Assembly: GCF_032444005.1 (NCBI RefSeq)
Contig: NC_091282.1
Location: forward strand, 637,484,001 to 637,548,000
Length of the DNA: 64,000 nt
Source: Ranitomeya imitator
Lineage: Eukaryota
Direction of reading: 5' to 3'
In this document: in pieces, positions 47,501 to 59,819 of the stretch
How positions within the stretch are numbered: position 1 is the stretch's first letter
Layout of the letters: each line of letters begins with the position of its first letter
Notes under the pieces: model-generated
Seen by the model: only the letters and a program-made list of their open reading frames with translations
Databases searched by the model: none
Told to the model about the DNA's origin: nothing
Translations under genes and position numbers: made by a program

Positions 47501-49294
47501 CCCCATTTTGGAAACTAGACCCCCCAAGGAACTTATCTAGATGCATACTGAGCACTTTAAACCCCCAGGTGCTTCACAGAAGTTTATAATGCAGAGCCAT
47601 GAAAATAAAAAATAATTTTTCTTTTCTCAAAAATGATTTTTTAGCCTGGAATTTCCTATTTTGCCAATGGTAATAGGAGAAATTGGACCACAAATGTTGT
47701 TGTCCAGTTTGTCCTGAGTATGCTGATACCCCATATGTGGGGGTAAACCACTGTTTGGGCGCACGGTAGGGCTCGGAAGGGAAGGCACGCCATTTGGCTT
47801 TTTAAATGGAAAATTAGCTCCAATCATTAGCGGACACCATGTCGCGTTTGGAGAGCCCCTATGTGCCTAAACATTGGAGATCCCCCACAAATAACCCCAT
47901 TTTGGATACTAGACCCCCAAAGGAACTAATCTAGATGTGTGGTGAGCACTTTGAACCCTCAAGTGCTTCACAGAAGTTTATAACGCAGAGCCATGAAAAT
48001 AAAATAAAAAATTTCTTTTCTCAAAAATGATTTTTTAGCCCGCAATTTTTTATTTTCCCAAGGGTAACAGGAGAAATTTGACCCCAAAAGTTGTTGTCCA
48101 GTTTCTCCTGAGTACGCTGATACCCCATATGTGGGGGTAAACCACTGTTTAGGCACATGCTGGGGCTCGGAAGTGAAGTAGTAACGTTTTGAAATGCAGA
48201 CTTTGATGGAATGCTCTGCGGGCGTCACGTTGCGTTTGCAGAGCCCCTGATGTGGCTAAACAGTAGAAACCCCCCACAAGTGACCCCATTTTGGAAACTA
48301 GACCCCGAAAGGAACTTATCTAGATGTGAGGTGAGCACTTTGAACCCCCAAGTGCTTCACAGAAGTTCATAACACAGAGCAGTGAAAATAATAAATACGT
48401 TTTCTTTCCTCAAAAATAATTTTATAGCCCAGATTTTTTTAATTTTCCCAAGGGTAACAGGAGAAATTTGACCCCAATATTTGTTGTCCAGTTTCTCCTG
48501 AGTACGGTGATACCCCACATGTGGGGGTAAACTACTATTTGGGCACTTGCCGGGGCTCGGAAGTGAAGTAGTGACGTTTTGAAATACAGACTTTGATGGA
48601 ATGCTCTACGGGCGTCACGTTGCGTTTGCAGAGCCCCAGATGTGACTAAACAGTAGAAACCCCCCACAAGTCACCCCATTTCCGAAACTAGACCCCAAAA
48701 TGAAATTATCTATATATGTGGTGAGCACTTTCAACCCCCAAGTGCTTCACAGAAGTTTATAACGCAGAGCCGTGAAAATAATAAATACGTTTTCTCTCCT
48801 CAAAAATAATTTTTTAGCCCAGAATTTTTTATTTTCCCAAGGGTTACAGGAGAAATTGGACCACAAAAGTTGTTGTCCAGTTTCTCCTGAGTACGTCGAT
48901 ACCCCTTGTGTGGGGGTAAACCACTGTTTGGGCACACGTCGGGGCTCACAAGGGAAGTAGTGACTTTTGAAATGCAGACTTTTTTTTTTTTTTTAAATTC
49001 GTTTATTAATTGCAGAATAAATCATACAATACACACATTTGCATTTGATTCTATCATTATCCATTATGACATACAATGTGAATCGTTACAATGCATAGTA
49101 TTACAAAAGTAATAAACAGTGCATGTCAATCACAAGTATCTTATTGTAAAACCTTAACTACCTCAACTACTAAAAGAACGAAAAGAACTAAAAAAAACGC
49201 CGCCAAAAGAAAGTTCCGTATAGATTTCACCCTGTAAGTAATGTCTCCAAAACCACAGGCCTCACTTCCTATGTATATATTAGAGTATTATAGG

Positions 49295-52200
49295 TTATAG
49301 AGTAAGATGAGAGGAGTTCCATTTACCCCATATTTTCTCAAATTTATCTGGACATCCTCTATTCTGATATAGTGTCCGTTCATACGGGATAATTGAGTTC
49401 ACTAAATCCACCCAAGCTCTAAGAGATGGGCAAGAACCACCCATCCATCTCAGCGCCAGTACTTTTCGCGCCAGGAACAGTGTCTCTCGCAAAAAAATCC
49501 CAGTGTGGTGGTCCCAAACTCCTGCATCCCACACCCCAAATAAGCAGGTCAATGGCTCAAGTGGGACAGGGATCAACAGCAAGGATGTCAACAATGTTGT
49601 CACCTCTTTCCAATAATGAGAGATAATGGGACATCTCCATATCATATGAATAAAATCCGCATCACTTAAGTGACATCTCAGACAATCTGACGAATGGAGA
49701 CGTCCCATCTTGAAAAGACGAGTCGGGGTCAGATAGGATTGATATATTATGTACAGCTGAGTCATCCTATTGTTAATTGATGGGGAAACCTTAGTTGGAG
49801 ATTCCAAAATGTCTTCCCATTCTTCCCCCAGCGTATCCGGAAGAAGCCCCTCCCACCTTTTCTTAATAGAATCTATAGTAGACCCCTCTCCTATGGATAA
49901 TAGATAAGTGTATAAAGAGGAGATAAGTCCTTGAGGGCCTTGTGAATTGAGAATACCTATCAGTGGAAGAGATGAAATGGCTCGACCCGTACCCACATTT
50001 CGCATGTGTGATTGAAAGGCTGATCTCAACTGCAGATAGCGGAAAAACTGGGATCTTGGGATGTTATAAGTATTTTGTAATTGTTCAAAGGAGGTAAAAA
50101 AACCCTGGTTGTGTACATTTCCTACTGAGAGAACACCGTGTGATATCCAAAATTCCGTGGATGGGTGGCCTAATAATCCCGGGAGATAACTGTTATTCCA
50201 CAGTGGCATTTCAGCCACTATATCAACAAATTTGGTTATTTTTTTTATTTGACTCCATATTGATCTTGCCAACCGAAGCAAAGGAAGCAAACGGGGAACA
50301 CCGACCCTCTCCATCTCCAAAAACCCCAGTGGACAATCGATCCTAGCAGAGTAAAGCAGATGACTCTCTGAATTAGGAAGAGGATTAGAATTATTGGGCA
50401 TCCACTTATTTATCATTTTAACCTGCCCGGCTAGATAATATAAGTAGAAGTCTGGCAAAGCCGCTCCTCCCCCCCGTCTCGGTCTCTGTAGAGTAGATAA
50501 CCTAAGTTTAGGCCTACTTTTCCCCCATATAAAGGACGTGGTTAGGGAATTTAGAGTCGCAAAGAGGGATTTAGGTATTGGGACAGCACTATGTTGAAGG
50601 CAGTAGTTTAACTTGGGAAGCAGTATCATTTTGATCAAATTAATGCGGCCAGCCACAGAGAGAGGGAGTTTATCCCAAGTATTAAATTTAGATTTTACCA
50701 GATCAATTAATGGGTAAATGTTAAATTGTAAATCAAATCTACTATGTTGAGACATATGTATTCCTAGATATTTGAAATTAGAGACAATGGGTAACGCCGA
50801 GAGAGTCCCGAGACGCAACATTGGGACATGAGAAAGAGGCATCAGGGCAGACTTATCCCAATTTATATAAAGACCAGAGAATTTGCTAAATTTGTCTATA
50901 ATTGTTATTACTTTTGGTAGCGTATCCTCTGTTTGATCCATAAATACCACCATATCATCAGCATAGAGGCCAATAATATCTACCCGATCTGCAATGCGTA
51001 TCCCCTTGATGTCGCTGGAGGATCTCATCTGTATTGCCAGAGCCTCTATTGCCAATGCAAATAGAGCAGGGGAGAGAGGGCACCCCTGGCGAGTCCCTCT
51101 ATGTAAAGAAAAAGGCTCGGATATTGAGCCATTCACTATCATACGCGCCCTAGGTTTCGTATATAATGTTCCTATCCCTTTCAGAAATCTGTCCCCAAAA
51201 CCATACTTCCGCAAACATGCAAACAGAAAGGACCACTCGAGGGAGTCAAAAGCTTTGGCTGCATCCAGCGATGCCAATGCCCACTTATTATCTGGCTCCA
51301 AAGAGCTATATTGAATAACCGATTGGACCCGTCTAATATTGATGGAAGTACTTTTCCCAGGCATAAAGCCTGTTTGATCTGGGTGTATGAGATCTAATAT
51401 AATCGTATTCAGTCTGGTAGCCAGAATTTTAGTAAAAATCTTGTAATCTACGTTCACCAGGGATATAGGTCGGTACGATCCACAATCGAGAGGATCCTTC
51501 CCCTCTTTCCTGTGTACTATAATATTGGCATCATAAAACGTTTCAGGGACAGACTCTCCCCTCCATATTCCCCCGAGTACCTTCAATAGAAGTGGTGCCA
51601 ACTTGTCCCTGTATTTCCTATATAGCTCAATGGGGAACCCATCAGGACCCGGGGCCTTCCCTGTAGCCATGTCCGCTATAGCCTGCTCCACTTCCTCCAA
51701 AGTAAACTCCGCATCCATAAAGGCCTGTTGGGATGGGCTCAACGAGGGAAACGTTATATCCGATAAATAATCCAAACATTCATTAGTATCAAAACCGCTA
51801 CCAGATTTATATAACAAATTATAATAATCGTGAAAACCTTGAAGTACCTCATCAGTAGAGGATACTAATGTACCATCAGGCATACGGATTTGTAATATTG
51901 TGTTGGATGTATTGTGTTGGCGCACTAAGAAAGCCAAGAGCGTACTGGCCTGGTTCCCCAGCTCAAAATAGGACTGGCGGGTAAAGAATAATTTACGTTT
52001 CGATTTAACGTCTATATGTTGGGCATATAATCTCTGGGAGGTGAGCCACTCAGCCCTGTTACTGCTGGTCTGATTTGCTATATATGTAGCCTCTGAATCC
52101 TTTAATCGTTGCTCCATCTCGTCATCCTCCCCCGCCGTCACCCTTTTAATGTAAGAGATTGTAGAGGACAAGCATCCCCTTAAATATGCCTTCAGAGTGT

Positions 52201-53068
52201 CCCAAAATAAACCAAGATTCTGGGGTTCTGGATGTGCTAAAATAAAACTATTTAATTGTTCGACTGTCCTGTCACTTGAATCTATCAATTTCAGCCAGAA
52301 AGGGTTTAATTTCCAGGATCTATTGTTATTGGATTGACCATATTTAAGTTTAAGAATTACTGGACTGTGGTCCGAGATCCCCCTGTTACCATGTTCAATA
52401 TTATCCACCTGCAGTGCCACGCCACTAGATCCAAATATATAATCTATACGAGATAAAGATTGTTTAGTGGATGAGTGGCAGGTATACCCTCTATCCTCTG
52501 GATGACTCATTCTCCACAAGTCCAACCAACCGCTGCCATCCATAAACAGCGCCAGCTGGGAGGGCGACTGAGGCAAAGACTCCCCGGATACTGTGTTATC
52601 CAACCTCACTCTGTCCTTAGAATGGTCCATTACTAGGTTGAAGTCACCCATGCAGATAACATTGGCATCTGGATATTTTAAGGAGAAACCCAATGCCATA
52701 CGGAGAACCGACATATTAGCAGGGGGAGGGTTATAAACACAAAGTATCACATATTCACATGAATTGAGAATTGCATGTACAAAAACAAAGCGGCCCTCCG
52801 GATCCCGCCGTGCCTCCCTCGCCTCCCACCTAACCCCCCTGTGTATCAATAAGGAGACCCCTCTTGAGTAGCTAGTATGGAATGCATGGAGCGACCACTG
52901 TACCCATGGCTTTTGTATACATCGAACCGTATCCCTAGTCAGGTGTGTCTCCATCAATGCCACGACATGAGGATTGTGTTTTTTGATCTGTGAAAATACT
53001 TTAACTTTCTTCCGAGGAGTCTTAATACCCCGTATGTTCCAGGTCATATATATGATTTCAGATCCCAT
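49295..53068 (-). CDS. L1 ORF2p (APE endonuclease, RT, C-terminal CCHC), 1257 aa, intact
   Basis: TWNIRG, LMETH, GDFN, SRIDY and SDHSP; KAPGPDG, YRPISL, RQGCPLSP and YADD; CLRC..HMIWRC. Confidence 0.97.
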   Translation of the reverse strand: MGSEIIYMTWNIRGIKTPRKKVKVFSQIKKHNPHVVALMETHLTRDTVRCIQKPWVQWSLHAFHTSYSRGVSLLIHRGVRWEAREARRDPEGRFVFVHAILNSCEYVILCVYNPPPANMSVLRMALGFSLKYPDANVICMGDFNLVMDHSKDRVRLDNTVSGESLPQSPSQLALFMDGSGWLDLWRMSHPEDRGYTCHSSTKQSLSRIDYIFGSSGVALQVDNIEHGNRGISDHSPVILKLKYGQSNNNRSWKLNPFWLKLIDSSDRTVEQLNSFILAHPEPQNLGLFWDTLKAYLRGCLSSTISYIKRVTAGEDDEMEQRLKDSEATYIANQTSSNRAEWLTSQRLYAQHIDVKSKRKLFFTRQSYFELGNQASTLLAFLVRQHNTSNTILQIRMPDGTLVSSTDEVLQGFHDYYNLLYKSGSGFDTNECLDYLSDITFPSLSPSQQAFMDAEFTLEEVEQAIADMATGKAPGPDGFPIELYRKYRDKLAPLLLKVLGGIWRGESVPETFYDANIIVHRKEGKDPLDCGSYRPISLVNVDYKIFTKILATRLNTIILDLIHPDQTGFMPGKSTSINIRRVQSVIQYSSLEPDNKWALASLDAAKAFDSLEWSFLFACLRKYGFGDRFLKGIGTLYTKPRARMIVNGSISEPFSLHRGTRQGCPLSPALFALAIEALAIQMRSSSDIKGIRIADRVDIIGLYADDMVVFMDQTEDTLPKVITIIDKFSKFSGLYINWDKSALMPLSHVPMLRLGTLSALPIVSNFKYLGIHMSQHSRFDLQFNIYPLIDLVKSKFNTWDKLPLSVAGRINLIKMILLPKLNYCLQHSAVPIPKSLFATLNSLTTSFIWGKSRPKLRLSTLQRPRRGGGAALPDFYLYYLAGQVKMINKWMPNNSNPLPNSESHLLYSARIDCPLGFLEMERVGVPRLLPLLRLARSIWSQIKKITKFVDIVAEMPLWNNSYLPGLLGHPSTEFWISHGVLSVGNVHNQGFFTSFEQLQNTYNIPRSQFFRYLQLRSAFQSHMRNVGTGRAISSLPLIGILNSQGPQGLISSLYTYLLSIGEGSTIDSIKKRWEGLLPDTLGEEWEDILESPTKVSPSINNRMTQLYIIYQSYLTPTRLFKMGRLHSSDCLRCHLSDADFIHMIWRCPIISHYWKEVTTLLTSLLLIPVPLEPLTCLFGVWDAGVWDHHTGIFLRETLFLARKVLALRWMGGSCPSLRAWVDLVNSIIPYERTLYQNRGCPDKFEKIWGKWNSSHLTL

Positions 53069-53366
53069 ATTTATATAAAAAGAGAAAAATAATATATGTC
53101 AACAATATTATACGGGCGTGATCCAGAGACACCCCACAGAGCAAAAAAAAATCAATATTGGCGGCAACCATATACATCAAACAGTCAGAACTAGTGCATA
53201 AACTCAAACCCAACATAACTTGAACAATAGAGGAGCATGTTTCCATACTCCCACAGTCAAATAGAAACGGGGATACCCTCACTGAATTCAGTGTCCGGTA
53301 TTGTTGACTTCTTTCGCACCTATGTAACGAGCTCTATTTATATTGCCATTTGATAAAGAACCCAAA

Positions 53367-54278
53367 TTAGGAGTTTTTTTGGGCTTTGGACCCTCCGTGA
53401 GACCGCAACCATTCGGCCACTTCTGCTGGGTCTGTAAAAAATAAAGAGGATCCATCATGGACAATGCGGAGCCGGGCTGGATAGAGCATGGAATAAATTA
53501 TATTCTTGTCTCGAAGTAGCTTTTTGACTTCCATAAATCGTGCCCGCTGTTTCTGGAGCTCCATGGAGAAATCCGGAAAAATCGATATGATGGTATTGTT
53601 GAGTTTAATGGGGCCCTTCTGCCTTGCCAAGCGAAGAATAGCATCTCTATCTCTGCAATTAAGGAGGCGTGCCAGAAACGGTCGAGGTGGAGTTCCAGGG
53701 GGCAGAGGTCTCGTTGGGACCCTATGGGCTCTTTCCACTGAGAATGTTGAGGAGAATCCATCTCCCAGGGTGGACTTAAGCCAGTCTTCCAGGAATTGCT
53801 CAGGCTGCTGACCCTCCGATCGCTCCGGGAGACCAATAATTCGAATATTATTGCGACGCAGTCTGTTTTCCAAATCATCCGCCTTTTGTTTCCATGCGTT
53901 TACGGAGCCAGCAGCTTTTGTCAGTTTAGCTTCCATGGGAGTAATAGTATCTTCTATATGTGACACTCTTGTTTCCACCTCCGAAATACGCCCTCTCATA
54001 GCTTGCATGTCATGTCGCAAACGACCCACCTCAGTATGCACATCCTCTATTTTTTCCGTAAGAGATGATCTAGTGAGGGAGATAGCCTGCATTAACTGCT
54101 CGGATGCTTGTTTAAGAGTCAGTTCGTCTTGTTCTCCCTCCTCGTTACTATCAGAAGGACGGCTCTTACGCTGGGTAAGTGCAGGATTATTTCTGAGAGT
54201 GCGCACATTGTCCGAGGAATCATCTCTGGCAAATTTCCTCAGCTTATCAGCCGCCCCTGCTCCCCTAGGGTGTTGCAT
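53367..54278 (-). CDS. L1 ORF1p (coiled coil, RRM, CTD), intact
   Basis: ATG at 54278; ENRLRRNNIRIIGLPE, VERAHR, IFPDFS and LYPARLRI motifs; no internal stop. Confidence 0.92.
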   Translation of the reverse strand: MQHPRGAGAADKLRKFARDDSSDNVRTLRNNPALTQRKSRPSDSNEEGEQDELTLKQASEQLMQAISLTRSSLTEKIEDVHTEVGRLRHDMQAMRGRISEVETRVSHIEDTITPMEAKLTKAAGSVNAWKQKADDLENRLRRNNIRIIGLPERSEGQQPEQFLEDWLKSTLGDGFSSTFSVERAHRVPTRPLPPGTPPRPFLARLLNCRDRDAILRLARQKGPIKLNNTIISIFPDFSMELQKQRARFMEVKKLLRDKNIIYSMLYPARLRIVHDGSSLFFTDPAEVAEWLRSHGGSKAQKNS

Positions 54279-56364
54279 GGTGGGCAAGCAGAGGAACTCC
54301 ACAAAGTAATCCTGATTGTGATTGCAGATAAACCAAGCTCTAGCTTCAGGTCCTGTATAATATTATACTGTACGTCAAAGGGGGTCACAGGGCTGGCAGA
54401 CAGTAATAATGAGGGTCACAGGGTGGTTGTTCAGATGTTTACTCAGGCTCTATATAACTGAACGGGCTCTCAGTCCACACACAGGGAGGTCAGCAGGAAG
54501 GGGGTTAATTCCCAGTTTTATGGTGCTGCTAAACGAAGCGGCTGTATGACAGGGGAGGCACAGGGCCCAATATTTCAGGGCACACACCGCACCACCCCCC
54601 CAGTTCCTTATTTGCGTGTTCTCCTTCCAAGCAGCACCGCAGGTATATGAGGCACTGCTCCCTTTGCTGTTAGGGAGCGTGCTATGCTAATGTCCGCCAC
54701 TCCCGTGGGCACCGCTGTCCCCCTCAGGTCTCCCAACCTCCGTGCACAAGCACAGCTCTCACCGCTGCGATCCTGCTTCCGTTCGCCCCGACGAGAAGAG
54801 AGCCCGGCTTCAGCAGGAGACGGCGCCGCGTCCTGTGTCCTGGAGCGCGCGCACCGAAGATGGCCGCCACTGCACGTGGATCCTCCCGGCCTCTCTGTCC
54901 CTGCAGCTCCCGCCGCCTCAGATCACTACGGCAGCCGTCCGGAGGGCTCACAAGGTTCCTCTAAGTGTGGGGTCTCAGCCCCTGTCGGTTCTGTTTGCGG
55001 GGATGAGATATATGTGGCAGGATTGAATCAGGATGTATGGAGCTCTTACTCAGTGCGTCCTTCTTCTCCGGCTACATAGCCACGCCCCGAAATGCAGACT
55101 TTGATGGAATGGTCTGCGGGCGTCACGTTGCGTTTGCAGAGCCCCTGGTGTGCCTAAACAGTAGAAACCCCCCACAAGTGACCCCATTTTGGAAACTAGA
55201 CTCCCCAATGAACTTATCTAGATATGTGCTGAGCACTTTGAACCCCCAAGTGCTTCACAGACGTTTACAACGCAGAGCCGTGAAAATAAAAAATCATTTT
55301 TCTTTCCTCAAAAATGATGTTTTAGCAAGCAATTTTTTATTTTCTCAAGGGTAACAGAAGAAATTTGACCGCAGTAATTGTTGCGCAGTTTGTCCTGAGT
55401 ATGCTGGTACCCCATATGTGGGGGTAAACCACTGTTTGGGCGCACGTCGGGGCTCGGAAGTGAGGGAGCACCATTTGACTTTTTGAATACAAGATTGGCT
55501 GGAATCAATGGTGGCGCCATGTTGCGTTTGGAGACCCCTGATGTGCCTAAACAGTGGAAACCCCTCAATTCTAACTCCAACACACCCCTAAACCTTATCC
55601 CAACTGTAGCCGTAACCCCAACACACCCCTAACCACAACCCTAATTCCAACCCAACCCTAACCCTAAGGCTATGTGCCAACGTTGCGGATTCGTATGAGA
55701 TTTTTCAGCACCATTTTTGAAAAATCCGCGGGTAAAAGGCACTGCGTTTTACCTGCGGATTTACCGCGGATTGCCAGTGTTTTTTGTGCGGATTTCACCT
55801 GTGGATTCCTATTGAGGAACAGGTGTAAAACGCTGCGGAATCCGCACAAAGAATTGACATGCTGCGGAAAATACAACACAGCGTTTCCGCGCGGTATTTT
55901 CCGCACCATGGGCACAGCGGATTTGGTTTTCCATATGTTTACATGGTACTGTAAACCTGATGGAACACTGCTGCGGATCCGCAGCATCCAATCCGCTGCG
56001 GATCCGCAGCCAAATCCGCACCGTGTGCACATAGCCTAATTCTAAAGGTATGTGCACACGCTGCGGAAAACGCTGCGGATCCGCATCAGTTTACCATGAG
56101 TTTACAGTTCAATGTAAACCTATGGGAAACAAAAATCGCTGTACACATGCTGCAGAAAAACTGCACGGAAACGCAGCGGTTTACATTCCTCAGCATGTCG
56201 CTTCTTTCTGCGGATTCCGCAGCGGTTTTACAACTGCTCCAATAGAAAATCGCAGTTGTAAAACCGCAGTGAAATGCGCAGAAAAACCGCTGTAAATCCA
56301 CAGCGGTTTAGCACTGCGGATTTATCAAATCCTCTGCGGAAAAATCCGCAGAGGACCAGAATAC

Positions 56365-56608
56365 NNNNNNNNNNNNNNNNNNNNNNNNNNNNNNNNNNNN
56401 NNNNNNNNNNNNNNNNNNNNNNNNNNNNNNNNNNNNNNNNNNNNNNNNNNNNNNNNNNNNNNNNNNNNNNNNNNNNNNNNNNNNNNNNNNNNNNNNNNNN
56501 NNNNNNNNNNNNNNNNNNNNNNNNNNNNNNNNNNNNNNNNNNNNNNNNNNNNNNNNNNNNNNNNNNNNNNNNNNNNNNNNNNNNNNNNNNNNNNNNNNNN
56601 NNNNNNNN
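56365..56608. other. Assembly gap / masked run (244 N)
   Basis: N run counted from the sequence. Confidence 0.99.
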
Positions 56609-58341
56609 CCTTAGTGAAAAAAAAATTTTTTTATTTTTTTTTTTATTGTCCCTACCTATGGGGGTGACAAAGGGGGGGGGTCATTTACTATTTTTTTATT
56701 TTGATCACTGAGATAGGTTATATCTCAGTGATCAAAATTCACTCTGGAACGAATCTGCCGGCCGGCAGATTCGGCGGGCACACTGCACATGCGCCCGCCA
56801 TTTTGGAAGATGGCGGGGCCCAGGAAGGAAGACGGACACCGGCAGGCTCGGTAAGTATAAGGGGGGGGAGATCAGGGCAGGGGGGGCGTCGGAGCACGGG
56901 GGGGAGGCGTCGGAGCACGGGGTGGGGGGCGTCGGAGCACGGATGAGGATCGGTGTGCGTGCGGGTGGATGGATTGAAGCACGGGGTGGTGGATCGCTGT
57001 GCAGGGGGGGTGATCGGAGCACGGGGGGGATCGCTGTGCGGGGGGGTGATCGGAGTGCGGGGGGGTGATCGGAGTGCGGGGGGGTTGACTGGAGCACGGG
57101 GGGAGCGGACAGGAGGACGGGGGAGCGGAGCACAGGACGGAGGGGAGCGCTGCACAGATCGGAGGGCTGGGGGGGCGATCGGTGGGGTGGGGTGGGTGCA
57201 CATATGTTTTTCCAGCCATGGCCGATGATATTGCAGCATCGGCCATGGCTGGATTGTAATATTTCACCAGTTTTTTAGGTGAAATATTACAAATCGCTCT
57301 GATTGGCAGTTTCACTTTCAACAGCCAATCAGAGCGATCGTAGCCACGGGGGGGTGAAGCCACCCCCCCTGGGCTAAACTACCACTCCCCCTGTCCCTGC
57401 AGATCGGGTGAAATGGGAGTTAACCCTTTCACCCGATCTGCAGGGACGCGATCTTTCTGTGACACAGCATATGCGTCACAGGTCGGATTGGCACCGACTT
57501 TCATGACGCATACGCTGTGTCACAGGTCGGGAAGGGGTTAAGGGGTTAAAAGCCTCTTGGTGATGGACGATGTGAGTATATGTACTTAATCTTTATATGT
57601 ATTTAATCTTTATATTTACTTAACCTTTGTATGTTAAAATACACAAAAGTGGATTCTCTTTAGGAACTCACCCGAATTCTTTTCCTTATTTTCTTGAGAG
57701 AAAAGATTTCACAATACTGGGAAATAATTGATTTGGTCACCCCTCCTAGACACTTGTTTGATCCCCACTATTTATCCTTCCGAATATATATATATAATAT
57801 ACGGACTTTAAATTTCCACCACCCCCTTACTTCTCTCCACCCTGTCCTCCCTTTGTTTGTCTTATCCCTTCTATGATCTTCTTCTTCTCCTTCCTCTTCC
57901 TACTCTTATATCTAATAGAATTTATATATCCTTCTTAGGCAGCGATATTCACCAATGTTGTGGTATGTTTCTCGTTTGTTTGTCTTTTTTTTCTACCTGA
58001 TATATCTAACATAATACAGAGAAAAGAGTATAGAGTATAAATTATCTTAAATACATCTATGATCAACTTGGATATACAAAAGCGGTATTATAATTTTCTA
58101 GTTATTGTATGCAATGAGGCCCTGCATGGCCCAAATGAAAATTTGTTTTTTTGTGTTATGTTTTGATATGTATAACCAATAAAAGCTGATTAAACTAAAA
58201 TATGCAAAAGTGTACGCAATCATACTATTCAATCATACTATTCCTTTAATTTTGTACTTTAAAATAAAATTACATTATATCACAAATAGCAGCCTTCTTA
58301 AAAGCCATATTTGTACCTTAGTGCTAAAAACTTGGCAATAT

Positions 58342-59819
58342 AAGGCGTCACAAAGGTTTTTTGTTTTCGTCAACTACTACTGTAAGTTCATCAAAAACTT
58401 TTCGGTAGGGGTCAAACCTCTGACGGATATGACCAGGAAAGGGACAGACTTTTTCAAGTGGTCCACTTCGGCCAGGGAGACATTCGATACTACCTTGAAG
58501 GAGTGTTGCATGTGCGTCAATTCTCATACAGCCTGACGTCTCTCAGCCATTTAATGTAGAAGTTAACGAATCTGAAGTGGGGGTGGGGTCTGTATTGTCA
58601 CAGGGTGCATCTCCTGGTAAATGACGTCCATGTGCATACTTTTCTACAAAAAACTGTCATCTGTGTAGAAAATTTATAACATTGGTAACAGGGAACTCTT
58701 GGCAATCAAGTGGGCCTTTGAAGTGTGGCATCATTTTCTAAAGGGGCAGTTCATCCAGTTATGGTAATCACGGATAGGCAGGGGAACAAAAACATTGAGG
58801 CGGATGACTTATCTTGTAATTTTCCTGGGGGTGACAATTGTGAACCAGTTCTTATACTACAAATCTGTTTGTATCTGTGAACCTCCGTCTGGGAGTTCTT
58901 AGTGAACATCATGATTCGGTCTTGGCTGGACATCCCAATAATAAAGCCACCACAGATCTTCTTACTCTGCGTTTTTGGTGGTATGGGGAGCGCATTCTAA
59001 AACCTCTCACACTTGTCCATCTGGGTCTCTCCAAACTATTGCCGATTCCCAGATGACCTTGGACTCCTTTATTGGTTGATATTATCGCTGATCTACTCGT
59101 GTCGGCAGGTAGTACTGTAATTTTGGTGATGGTGGACAGGTTCAGTAACATGTTACATTTGATTGTGCTTCCCTCTTTTCCTAACGCCAAGACCTTGGTG
59201 CAAATTTTCATCAGAGAGATTGTTAAAGTACATGGGATCCCTACCGATATTGCTTCTGATCGGGTGATGCAGCTTATTTCCAAATTTTGGAGGGTGTTTT
59301 GCTCTTATTTGAGGATACATCACAATCTTGAGATTTATCTTAGGTGTTTTGTGTATAAGAAAAATGAGTATTGGGTTATCTACTTACCTCTACCTAAATA
59401 ATCGTCGTGAATCTACTGGTAAGTCCCCGTTCTTTCGGCCATACAGGTTTCATCATCGGTTCAGCTCATTTAATAGGAATCATTCTTCTGTGTTACCTGA
59501 AGAGGAACGGTTTTCTTTATCTATTACTCCCTGGTGTTTATCTCTGTTGTTTGTGTGTGCAAATTTGTATGATTGTTATTTTCATTTATCCCTGTTTGCT
59601 AGTCTGGTTGTTGTATTACGGTACACTACTACTTCCCTCTTCCCAGGGTGGGGAAGGGTACAGACTGAGGGTGGATTCAGGAGTTAAGGCAAAGTTCGCT
59701 GCCCCGCCGTCTTCACCATCAGAAGTAATCCAAGGAACAGGGTGAGCTAGGGTGCCCGTAGCGTTAGGGACAGGGAAGGAGCCCCTGATCCCAGGACACC
59801 CGACAACAGAGTCGTGACA
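58342..59819 (+). mobile_element. Continuation of the older Gypsy: RT end, RNase H, integrase remnant and LTR end (…GTCGTGACA)
   Basis: KASQRFFVFVNYYCKFIKNFS resumes where 44599 stops; NRELLAIKWAF, VDRFSNMLHL and HGIPTDIASD motifs. Confidence 0.8.

Larger units (their letters stand above)
48983..55088 (-). mobile_element. Full-length LINE-1 (L1 clade) retrotransposon
   Basis: 5' end GGGGCGTGGC, GC-rich 5'UTR, ORF1, ORF2 and poly(A); ~14-bp TSD GAAATGCAGACTTT at 48969-82 and 55089-102. Confidence 0.97.
45844..57537. mobile_element. piggyBac-like element copy 2, with LINE-1 insertion
   Basis: Same termini and internal order as 11384-16420; TTAA at 45840-43 and 57538-41. Confidence 0.9.
45137..57545. 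mobile_element. Outer short piggyBac-like element (45137-45839 plus terminal GGGG 57542-45) hosting copy 2
   Basis: TTAA|CCCCTTTCTGCCA at left; right end CTGG-TTAA-GGGG|TTAA is split at its internal TTAA by the nested element. Confidence 0.7.
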
